The notes under the pieces were generated by a model, which did no database searches, was not told the origin of the DNA, and saw only the letters and a list, made by a program, of their open reading frames with translations. The position numbers were made by a program, and so were the translations under genes. 64,000 nt of DNA, taken from positions 38,752,001 to 38,816,000 of the forward strand of contig CM052817.1 in assembly GCA_028534125.1 (NCBI GenBank). The letters are read 5' to 3'. Below, piece after piece: positions 61,101 to 64,000 of this stretch; within the stretch, counting starts at the first letter, position 1; each line of letters begins with the position of its first letter. Origin of the DNA: Lama glama (lineage: Eukaryota).

Positions 61101-63759
61101 ATTAATTTTCAATAATTTTGTCATTAGTAGTTATATAAATTTTAAAGTAAGGAGGGGAGGGTATATAGATCAATGGTAGAGTACACACTCACCATGCACA
61201 AGGTCCTGGGTTCAATCCCCATTAGCTCCATAATAAATAAATAAATAAATAAATACCTAATTTCTTACCCCTCCCAATTTTTTTAATAATAAAATTGGTT
61301 CATAAATTTTAAAGCAATAGCAAAATAAAATGGCTTTTTAAAAAGTAATCTTGCTGTATATGCATGTGATTGCTTTTTAAAAACTAATCTACCTCCAGCA
61401 TTAATTTCTTCCTTATCATCTTTGCCATCCAAGAATCTTAGTGGCAGCTGTGAGAGGGTCTGGGAGAAACCATGTGTGTGAGTCATTCCATGTGTCAGGT
61501 TGGGTTCTCCAGGAAGCACACAGAGAGGGAGTTCCGTGTGCAGAGTGTTTATTAGGGATATTTGTGGAAGGAAGAGGAAGGAAGCAAGACTGATCACAGG
61601 GACATGTCAGGTTACAGTGCAGGTCTTGCCATAGACCCAGCTGACCCAAGTGGGGCTTTGGTGCCAAAATGTCGCAGTTGACCTGAACTGAACTGAAACG
61701 GCTGAACCAGCTTCCTCCCAAATCATGCCATGATTGTGTGTGGGCTGCCCCACAGCTCTCTCCAGCTATGGTGATCCCCAGGTGCTGACAGCACTGCCAC
61801 AGGCGGGGGCAGTGAGCCCTTAAAAGGGGAAGGGGCGCTGGGGTACATGGGTCTGTGTCCAGCAAGTAAGCCTCCGTTAGATTCTTTTTATCATTAGTCT
61901 TTCAGAGTTTTTTGTGGGGTTTTTGGATTGTTGTTGTGGTGATTTTGATAGAATTTTAATTAATTGTTGGGCATTATTTTAAGGCTAGTTAACATTTTTT
62001 CCAGGAAATCCATGACATATTAAGACTCTTTTTCCACCCATTGTTAGGAGATTTCTCAGTGGATGTTTACACACATCGCTGTTGTTCGTGACTTAGTAGA
62101 CACACAATATAAGGAATATCAGGAGGTAAGAATCATAACCATAATAGGTTTTTTTTTTTTAATTCCCCGGGTGAGAAAAGACTTGCCTGTTTCCCCTGAT
62201 ATCTTCCTACCGCTTTTAAGGGTAAGTTGCTGAACTGCATTTATCATCAGATAATGTTTTTAGTTATCCATGCCAGCAGCTACTTTGGCTATTGGTTTTA
62301 AAACAGAAGGATTGGACCTCCCCATAGGCAAACTACATTAAAAAATGACAGACTGGCGATCAGCATGGCTGAATCCTAATGACATTCACTACCAACATAT
62401 TGTATGTGTTTATTCCTAATAAAAATTAAAATATCAGAAAGATCCCTCTCTTTGGGGCTTAACAAGGAGAGTGAAAATATGTATGGAAGTCTCTGAGAAG
62501 TCTCTTAAAATTAAAAAAAAATTAAAAGATAAAGTTATTTTTTATTACAAGTACTTGATGATTTTGTGTATAAGAAATAAATTCAATGAAATCCTCTTGG
62601 TAAATTCATAATTACTCAGCAACTTATCCTAAATATTTTATTTCCAAAGCAGCTGAGTTCAATCTGTTAAAGAGTTCTGAATGATAAGCTGCTAATATTT
62701 TATGAGCATGATACTAAATACTTAGTGTAACAGGATTTCCTCCCACCAGGAACACATAAGTACTACTTCGGTATCAGGTAATATCAGGGTTACTCCTTCA
62801 GTAATCATTAGTGTTAGTTGTGTAAAGAGATCTTTATTCTTAGACTTAAATTGTATACTTATATTCCATGAATCATTTGATAAAGTTAGTTATAAGCATC
62901 TACTGTTGAAATGTTAATACATTTTGGCATTTGACAGATAGCAAGAAGTTATTCCAAGTCATAAATTTTCATTTATGGAAATTTGGTTTGGATCTATCCC
63001 AGTGGCCAATTAAAAATGGTTTTTCTTTTATTTTTATGTGAATGATAAGTTCCCTGTCAATGCTACATATTTATAGTATTTGCCTTAAATTATTGAAAAT
63101 GTTACAAAGATTACCAGGAATCTTGTATGTTAGCAATATTCTTGACCTGGCTTTCTAGACTTCCTTTTATTCATGTTCAAGTAGCTATTTTACAATTTGT
63201 GGGGAGAGGGGATTCGTCCTGAAATACCGTGTTTATTAACTCACACTGGACTGACTATTTCAGTGTTAGACCAACACTCCAGTCAAGTGTGCTGCCCACT
63301 CTCCCCTGTGCTTAACTTCCATGTCACTGTGGGCCGTCGCTAAAACCCCGCCTTCTCACAAAATCGGTAGCTTACTTTAACCATAAATAAATGTAATTTT
63401 ACTTTCTTAATATTGACTGAAATGATATGGATTGGTTTTTGTTTCCAACCATTAACCGGGTTTTAAGTTATTTGTAAACGTCTAATTGCTGCTCGTGCTT
63501 CTGCTCGTGAACCCCCCTGGACCCCCGCCAGCGTCAGCAGAACGCCCTGAAGTACGTGACGGAGGAGTGGTGCCAGATCGAGTACGAGCTGCTGCGGGAG
63601 CGCGGGCTGTGGGGCCCCCCCATCGGGTCCCACCTAGACAAGTGGATGTTGGAGATGACAGAAGGGCCCTGCAGAATGAGGAAAAAAATGGTGCGGAACG
63701 ATATGTTTTATAACCATTACCCTTATGTGCCGGAAACGGAGCAAGAGACGAACGTGGCG
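928..63759 (+). CDS. WDFY3: WDFY3/ALFY (WD repeat and FYVE domain-containing protein 3), internal partial gene, 32 coding exons
   Basis: The spliced translation matches the WDFY3 protein as I recall it (e.g. HALM.IQQLVLSPNGDDDMG, AMRYEPANSHFF, WHHLVLV..LYIDGQ, FDLDSIWTF, LLRERGLWGPPIGSHLDKWMLEMTEGPCRMRKKM). All 31 internal introns are GT-AG and phases are continuous; exon lengths sum to 5528 nt. Confidence 0.98.
1773..2155 (-). mobile_element. hAT (Blackjack) non-autonomous DNA transposon, MER63-like
   Basis: Imperfect TIRs cagtgttgttctgg ... ccagcgttccactg; candidate 8-bp TSD tgttaagg/ttttgagg (6/8); internal sequence resembles the recalled MER63 consensus. Confidence 0.65.
2790..2970 (-). 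mobile_element. MIR SINE fragment
   Basis: ggcactctgctaagggttttacatgc...ttttacataagggaaactggcacagaaaggttaagtaa...tctgactcta. Confidence 0.6.
3421..3680 (+). mobile_element. MIR SINE, near full length
   Basis: gactgcctggctctaaatcctgtctctgcca...cttgggcaagttactt...gaggattagataaattaatg...gtaagtgttccataaaatgttag. Confidence 0.75.
4413..4870 (+). CDS. WDFY3: WDFY3 window exon 2 (458 nt)
   Basis: ccatag|GCCCTC...GACAG|gtatgg; ALLSVLRESHRSRTVFRKVGG...VATDSFD(S). Confidence 0.96.
5330..5500 (-). mobile_element. L2 LINE 3' end fragment
   Basis: ttactcattccttcattaaacaagtgctt...cctactgtgtgccaag...gtgctaggcattgaggg. Confidence 0.6.
6290..6373 (+). CDS. WDFY3: WDFY3 window exon 3 (84 nt, symmetric phase 2-2)
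   Basis: ctgtag|TCGTGCA...AAAAG|gtactg; RAEQIPPCLTSESSLPSPWGTPALSRK(R). Confidence 0.93.
7449..7636 (-). mobile_element. 5'-truncated L1 3' end, antisense to WDFY3
   Basis: T-rich tail then tgtgtcaatttctggtgtacagcataat...tatagttccctgtactata; TSD aagagcagttctt (7436-7448) / aagagcagatctt (7637-7649). Confidence 0.75.
10538..10798 (-). mobile_element. L1 (L1MA-type) 3' end, antisense
   Basis: poly-T then ttactgagatataattg...gtgtaagtttaaggtgtac...tgtgatgagaac...ggatctactcttttagcaactttcaa; candidate TSD atgccattcttt/atgcctttcttt. Confidence 0.75.
11065..11242 (+). CDS. WDFY3: WDFY3 window exon 4 (178 nt)
   Basis: ttgcag|GCATGCA...CCAGAA|gtaagc; HAYHSVSTPPVYPPKNVADLK...SVTQPE. Confidence 0.95.
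12043..12257 (+). CDS. WDFY3: WDFY3 window exon 5 (215 nt)
   Basis: cttcag|CATGCT...CTGAG|gtcagt; HALDLQLAVANILQSLVHTERNQQVMCEAGLH...EPMVL(R). Confidence 0.96.
12585..13270 (-). mobile_element. Old L1M 3' UTR fragment, antisense, interrupted by a SINE
   Basis: ataattacagattcagaggaagttgtaaagatag...ccttcacccagtttcc...gacattggtacaat...taatctgttctccatctc. Confidence 0.7.
13073..13197 (+). mobile_element. tRNA-Ala-derived SINE (camelid Vic-1-like)
   Basis: ggaggatatcgctcaagtggtagc...gaggtcctgggttcaatccccagtacctcc...aaacctaattacc, A-rich tail; perfect 14-bp TSD agtttgtttctttc (13059-13072, 13198-13211). Confidence 0.88.
14400..14512 (+). CDS. WDFY3: WDFY3 window exon 6 (113 nt)
   Basis: ctttag|GGAGTTT...ATGAGAA|gtaagt; EFLRLASPLNCGAWDKKLLKQYRVHKPSSLSYEPEMR. 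Confidence 0.95.
16787..17018 (+). CDS. WDFY3: WDFY3 window exon 7 (232 nt)
   Basis: ttacag|GTAGTATG...TTTGG|gtaagg; SMITSMEGLGSDNV...FVEFDTSLEGF(G). Confidence 0.95.
17232..17460. mobile_element. hAT-Charlie MITE, MER58A-like
   Basis: ggcccatggtccaaatctg...aaataaagttttatt..aacacaacc...attgtctatggctgctttc...aaaatatttacactctggccc...aaatgtttgcc. Confidence 0.75.
17780..18000 (+). mobile_element. Old L1ME-type 3' end fragment
   Basis: aatcagaacagtggtta...gaaaggggcacaagggaatttttctgtggtgatgaaattgttc...tatgcaaattatactt. Confidence 0.55.
18211..18311 (+). CDS. WDFY3: WDFY3 window exon 8 (101 nt)
   Basis: taatag|CTGCCTA...TTCTG|gtaaat; CLFLPSLAPHNAPTNNAVTTGLTDGAVVSGIGS(G). Confidence 0.95.
18470..18688 (+). 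CDS. WDFY3: WDFY3 window exon 9 (219 nt), start of ConA/LamG-like region
   Basis: ctttag|GTGAAAG...CTATG|gtcagt; ERFFPPPSGLSYSSWFCIEHF...EELLQNY(V). Confidence 0.96.
19440..20280 (+). mobile_element. L2 LINE fragment(s)
   Basis: Pyrimidine-rich L2 body (gcatttgattctgttga..., aactgcatattagacatct...) ending aacagtgcctagcacatactag...aatggatgaatga. Confidence 0.6.
21900..22081 (+). CDS. WDFY3: WDFY3 window exon 10 (182 nt)
   Basis: ttttag|TTGATGAT...GTGAAG|gtaagc; DDFSEESSFYEILPCC...GQWHHLVLVMSKGMLKNSTATLYIDGQLVSTVK. Confidence 0.96.
23686..23917 (+). CDS. WDFY3: WDFY3 window exon 11 (232 nt)
   Basis: gcatag|CTTCAT...GCCAT|gtgagt; LHYVHSTPGGSG...YELGPNYVGSFQAVCMP(C). Confidence 0.96.
24570..24820 (-). 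mobile_element. MIR SINE
   Basis: aataatagctaacagttactgagcactc...tatcgtccccattttatagacgaaactgag...ggtcacatagct. Confidence 0.7.
25243..25403 (+). CDS. WDFY3: WDFY3 window exon 12 (161 nt)
   Basis: ttgaag|GTAAAGAT...AAGCAG|gtaagc; KDAKSEGMIPSPVSLVPEEKVSFGL...SKAIAKQ. Confidence 0.94.
26011..26675 (-). mobile_element. Probable solo ERV LTR (family not identified)
   Basis: Inverted termini TGTTA...TAACA; candidate 4-bp TSD tgtg/tatg; minus-strand TATA-like ttataccc; cleanly interrupts the L2. Confidence 0.6.
26110..26225 (-). mobile_element. Short L1 3' end inserted in the LTR
   Basis: ttttttaattgaagtacagtc...gtgtcagtttctggtgtacagca...catatacatacatgtattcgttttcatatt, same family as 7449-7636. 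Confidence 0.75.
27392..27447. repeat. (TG)8 plus degenerate (TA)n microsatellite
   Basis: tgtgtgtgtgtgtgtgtatacattatatatacctatatatataatatgtgtatata. Confidence 0.85.
27950..28061 (+). CDS. WDFY3: WDFY3 window exon 13 (112 nt)
   Basis: cttcag|TTAGGC...CTTGG|gtgagt; LGISSHENATPVKLIHNSAGHLNGPARTIGATLIGYL(G). Confidence 0.95.
29836..30026 (+). CDS. WDFY3: WDFY3 window exon 14 (191 nt)
   Basis: aatcag|GAGTAAG...TACCAG|gtttgt; VRTFVPKPVATTLQYIGGAAALLGLV...ERIKGYQ. Confidence 0.95.
31012..31037. repeat. (GT)13 microsatellite
   Basis: Perfect dinucleotide run read directly. Confidence 0.95.
31084..31236 (+). CDS. WDFY3: WDFY3 window exon 15 (153 nt, symmetric phase 0-0)
   Basis: ttttag|TTGCTG...TTTGAA|gtatgt; LLAMLLKKKRSLLNSHILHLTF...DLLCDFE. 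Confidence 0.95.
31930..32780 (+). mobile_element. L2 LINE fragment (boundaries approximate)
   Basis: gctctcagtggcacatggcgcagtt...gactcgcaaatctgaatt...ttcagactgacttct...ttcaaaaacttccagtga. Confidence 0.55.
33200..34850 (-). mobile_element. Old L1M fragment, antisense, including an ORF1 coiled-coil remnant
   Basis: ttgaaagatatttttgcatagaatag..., tctgcagcatctaatcttctgttagtcccatccag; minus ORF 34031-34261 (ELLQARSKISKMKSILDGTNRRLDAAEK) resembles L1 ORF1p heptads. Confidence 0.72.
35043..35116 (+). CDS. WDFY3: WDFY3 window exon 16 (74 nt)
   Basis: ttatag|GTCTGG...TCCAG|gtatta; VWLHAPYELHLSLFEHFIELLTES(S). Confidence 0.95.
35196..35357 (+). CDS. WDFY3: WDFY3 window exon 17 (162 nt)
   Basis: ttacag|TGAAGCT...CTCAG|gtagta; EASKNAKLMREFQLIPKLL...SSNDLL(R). 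Confidence 0.95.
36106..36234 (-). mobile_element. tRNA-Ala-derived SINE (Vic-1-like), antisense
   Basis: attaggcttatttattta...ggaggcactggggattgaacccgggacc...catgctaagcacg...cttgagctataccctcccc; TSD accttgaaggcatt (36092-36105) / accttgaaagcatt (36238-36251). Confidence 0.88.
36320..36545 (-). mobile_element. MIR SINE
   Basis: ggcaatatttatttagctcttatg...attacaaactaagaaattaa...ggattaagctacttgccccaggtaac. Confidence 0.6.
36732..36826 (+). CDS. WDFY3: WDFY3 window exon 18 (95 nt)
   Basis: ttaaag|GTTTGGC...CACTG|gtgagt; FGQFISSTLPTFAVCEKFVVMEINHEEKPDT(G). Confidence 0.94.
37054..37194 (+). mobile_element. tRNA-Ala-derived SINE (Vic-1-like) with A/(TA)n tail
   Basis: ggggtagctcagtggtagagtgcatgcctagcatacatgaggtcctgagctcaatccccagtacctcca; TSD aaaaatgaaatctt/aaaaataaaatctt at a TT/AAAA L1-endonuclease-type site. 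Confidence 0.9.
38000..38215 (-). mobile_element. MIR SINE
   Basis: tgccaggcactgttaaagtgct...aacaaccctacaaaatagg...tgaggaaactgaagcccaga...cttttaaccactac. Confidence 0.75.
39804..39924 (+). CDS. WDFY3: WDFY3 window exon 19 (121 nt)
   Basis: ttgtag|GAACTG...TTGCA|gtaagt; TEEEFGGLVSANLILLRNRLLDILLKLVYTSKEKTSINL(Q). Confidence 0.95.
40148..40365 (+). CDS. WDFY3: WDFY3 window exon 20 (218 nt)
   Basis: caatag|AGCGTGT...ATTAG|gtatgg; ACEELVKTLGFDWIMMFMEEHLH...NKIGTVL(G). Confidence 0.95.
40640..40860 (-). mobile_element. MIR SINE
   Basis: tattctgtgccag...aactctatgaggta...tccattttacaggaaagaaagtgaaggca...aagcccatgcttttaac. Confidence 0.65.
43752..43987 (+). CDS. WDFY3: WDFY3 window exon 21 (236 nt; internal in-frame donor after 43942)
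   Basis: tcttag|GATTCAAC...TGCCAG|gtagga; FNVGRSAGGRSTVREINRDACHFPGF...PENLQVSVPVISSRCKQGCQ. Confidence 0.92.
45187..45321 (+). CDS. WDFY3: WDFY3 window exon 22 (135 nt)
   Basis: ctgcag|TTTGAT...AACTCA|gtgagt; FDLDSIWTFIFGVPASSG...LRSMLNS. Confidence 0.96.
45455..45685 (+). mobile_element. MIR SINE
   Basis: gttaagaccctggactcaggagctggttcagatcct...gtgcctcagtttcctc...gttgtgaggattt...gtgcctggtatacagtaagtgct. Confidence 0.75.
46253..47086 (-). mobile_element. Solo LTR, MER21-like
   Basis: TG...CA termini; the minus strand begins TGTGATACTGTGATTTATAGTAAGAAATAC like the recalled MER21 consensus; 5-bp TSD attgt (46248-46252) / attgc (47087-47091). Confidence 0.75.
47479..47658 (+). CDS. WDFY3: WDFY3 window exon 23 (180 nt)
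   Basis: tgacag|CCTTGG...GAGATG|gtagga; PWQSEEEGSWLREYPVTLMQFFRYLY...IRPYSEM. Confidence 0.96.
49004..49237 (+). CDS. WDFY3: WDFY3 window exon 24 (234 nt)
   Basis: cattag|GTGACT...TTGGAG|gtaaag; VTDLDDEVGSPAEEFKAF...LIDLLLE. Confidence 0.96.
49483..49688. mobile_element. hAT-Charlie MITE, MER58A-like
   Basis: caggaattgacaaactctttctgtgaaaggtcggatagtaaacat...ggctggatttggcccacaggccatag. Confidence 0.75.
49876..50222. mobile_element. MaLR solo LTR, MLT1A-like
   Basis: tgtcttagctcaggct...taccatggactgggtggctt...ctggtgagggc...ttcctggcctgcagatggctgcc...taataccatcacattgagggttaggg. Confidence 0.8.
51900..52285 (+). mobile_element. Two tandem MIR SINEs
   Basis: ttttggagtgagaaagacctggttcgaatc... and gctgtgacctcagccaag...catcagtttgcccatctctaaaatgg...cacagtgcctggcacataag. 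Confidence 0.7.
53197..53300 (-). mobile_element. tRNA-Ala-derived SINE (Vic-1-like), antisense
   Basis: ggggggagaattaggtttgttt...gaaggtactgcgggttgaacc...tactaagcacgtgctctaccactgaactgtaccctcc. Confidence 0.82.
53492..53591 (+). CDS. WDFY3: WDFY3 window exon 25 (100 nt)
   Basis: gactag|GCTTCC...ACTGG|gtaaca; ASPERSTRTQQKEFQTYILDSVMDHLLAADVLL(G). Confidence 0.95.
53905..54440 (-). mobile_element. Old L1M 3' fragment, antisense
   Basis: cattatatttgtgagatttttccatgttgttgcatgtagc...tttatccattttgctgttgatggacatttggcagtttctag. Confidence 0.75.
55554..55714 (+). CDS. WDFY3: WDFY3 window exon 26 (161 nt)
   Basis: atttag|GGGAAG...GCACAG|gtaatc; EDASLPITSGGSYQILVNNVFYF...IQLIAQ. Confidence 0.95.
56821..57050 (+). 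CDS. WDFY3: WDFY3 window exon 27 (230 nt)
   Basis: ctttag|TCAAAA...GGAAG|gtaact; SKRRSQGLSLDAVYHCLNRTILYQFSR...NLHVG(S). Confidence 0.96.
58140..58249 (+). CDS. WDFY3: WDFY3 window exon 28 (110 nt)
   Basis: tttcag|CAATGTG...TGAAG|gtaatt; NVDGFGLEAEARMTTWHIMIPSDIEPHGGYSQDISE(G). Confidence 0.95.
58942..59135. mobile_element. hAT-Charlie MITE, MER5A-like
   Basis: ctggttctcaaagcg...catcagcatcattggggagcttcttagaaagcagattctctggcccc...caatctgttctaataaacccccaggtgattgtgatgc. Confidence 0.8.
59609..59791 (+). CDS. WDFY3: WDFY3 window exon 29 (183 nt)
   Basis: tcctag|GGCGTC...TTTGG|gtaaga; RQLLIKAVNRVWTELIHSKKQVLEELFK...WQNHL(A). Confidence 0.96.
60055..60370. mobile_element. TcMar-Tigger MITE, MER46C-like
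   Basis: ta|caagttcatatcccttatcc...aggtaggggattgtgaattg imperfect TIRs; internal gtatgaatattcacac motif as in the recalled MER46C consensus. Confidence 0.7.
60656..60813 (+). CDS. WDFY3: WDFY3 window exon 30 (158 nt)
   Basis: ttgtag|CCCATG...ACCCAG|gtacgt; HEKKCIIRGEALVPTTQSKLSRVSSGFGLSKL...HSLSTQ. Confidence 0.95.
61151..61301 (+). mobile_element. tRNA-Ala-derived SINE (Vic-1-like) with (AAAT)n tail
   Basis: ggggagggtatatagatcaatggtagag...aggtcctgggttcaatcccc...(aaat)n acctaatt; TSD ataaattttaaagtaa (61135-61150) / ataaattttaaagcaa (61302-61317). Confidence 0.87.
61491..61864 (-). mobile_element. ERVL solo LTR, LTR16-like
   Basis: tgtgtcaggttgggttctccaggaagca...gtgtgcagagtgtttattaggga...gtggaaggaagaggaaggaagca. 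Confidence 0.65.
62048..62125 (+). CDS. WDFY3: WDFY3 window exon 31 (78 nt)
   Basis: tgttag|GAGATT...CAGGAG|gtaaga; EISQWMFTHIAVVRDLVDTQYKEYQE. Confidence 0.95.
63532..63759 (+). CDS. WDFY3: WDFY3 window exon 32 (228 nt)
   Basis: cgccag|CGTCAG...GTGGCG|gtgagt; RQQNALKYVTEEWCQIEYELLRERGLWG...TEGPCRMRKKMVRNDMFYNHYPYVPETEQETNVA. Confidence 0.96.
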
Positions 63760-64000
63760 GTGAGTGCGCAGAACTCCGCGTTTGTCATGGTGCTTTCGCG
63801 TTTCCCTTCTCCTTTGTAAGCATTTTCCCTTCTTAGGTCAATTACGTAAAATACCTAATTGAGAAAATTCGATAAACTATGTTAAGTGGATAATGCCAGG
63901 GTGCTGACGGAGGAATGAGGAGATGCAGCGGGGGGGCCCATAGCGAAGTGGCTCCGATCCTGGAACCCAGAGCAGACTGCCTGGTCTGAGCCCCGCCTCC

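Noticed and set aside
61416..61865. 149-aa minus-strand ORF
   Set aside because: Lies almost entirely within the LTR16-like solo LTR and has no protein signature.
928..63759. Pseudogenisation or U12-type introns in WDFY3
   Set aside because: Exon lengths and phases are mutually consistent with no stops seen, and no donor has the GTATCCTT/ATATCCTT U12 consensus.
160..63819. The many 60-156 aa ORFs in the six-frame track
   Set aside because: They are either WDFY3 exons with intronic run-on, alternate frames or antisense of those exons, or chance ORFs in AT-rich or repeat DNA with no recognisable protein similarity.

Overview
This is AT-rich mammalian genomic DNA, probably camelid (alpaca/llama/camel), judged from five tRNA-Ala-derived SINEs resembling the camelid Vic-1 family and no recognised Alu, Bov-tA, PRE-1 or SINEC elements. 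The whole window lies inside one plus-strand gene, WDFY3 (ALFY, a BEACH-family autophagy scaffold). I traced 32 consecutive coding exons (928..63759). All introns are GT-AG and splice phases agree throughout, giving 5528 nt (about 1843 codons) from the middle of the protein: helical/ARM-like region, ConA/LamG-like domain and the conserved pre-PH 'W..E..RMRKK' segment. Start and stop codons lie outside the window. Introns hold ordinary repeats (MIR, L2, L1 fragments, hAT/Tigger MITEs, solo LTRs); family names come from recalled consensus sequences, not a database search. I see no new gene system. The best leads concern splicing: a 3-nt microexon or recursive-site signature at 21221-21223, a 21-nt in-frame microexon candidate, a 45-nt in-frame alternative donor, a (TG)13 tract before a symmetric exon, and inverted SINE pairs bracketing exons. 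There is also a three-layer transposon nest and a local GC/CpG-rich patch at the 3' end. None of these was tested computationally.
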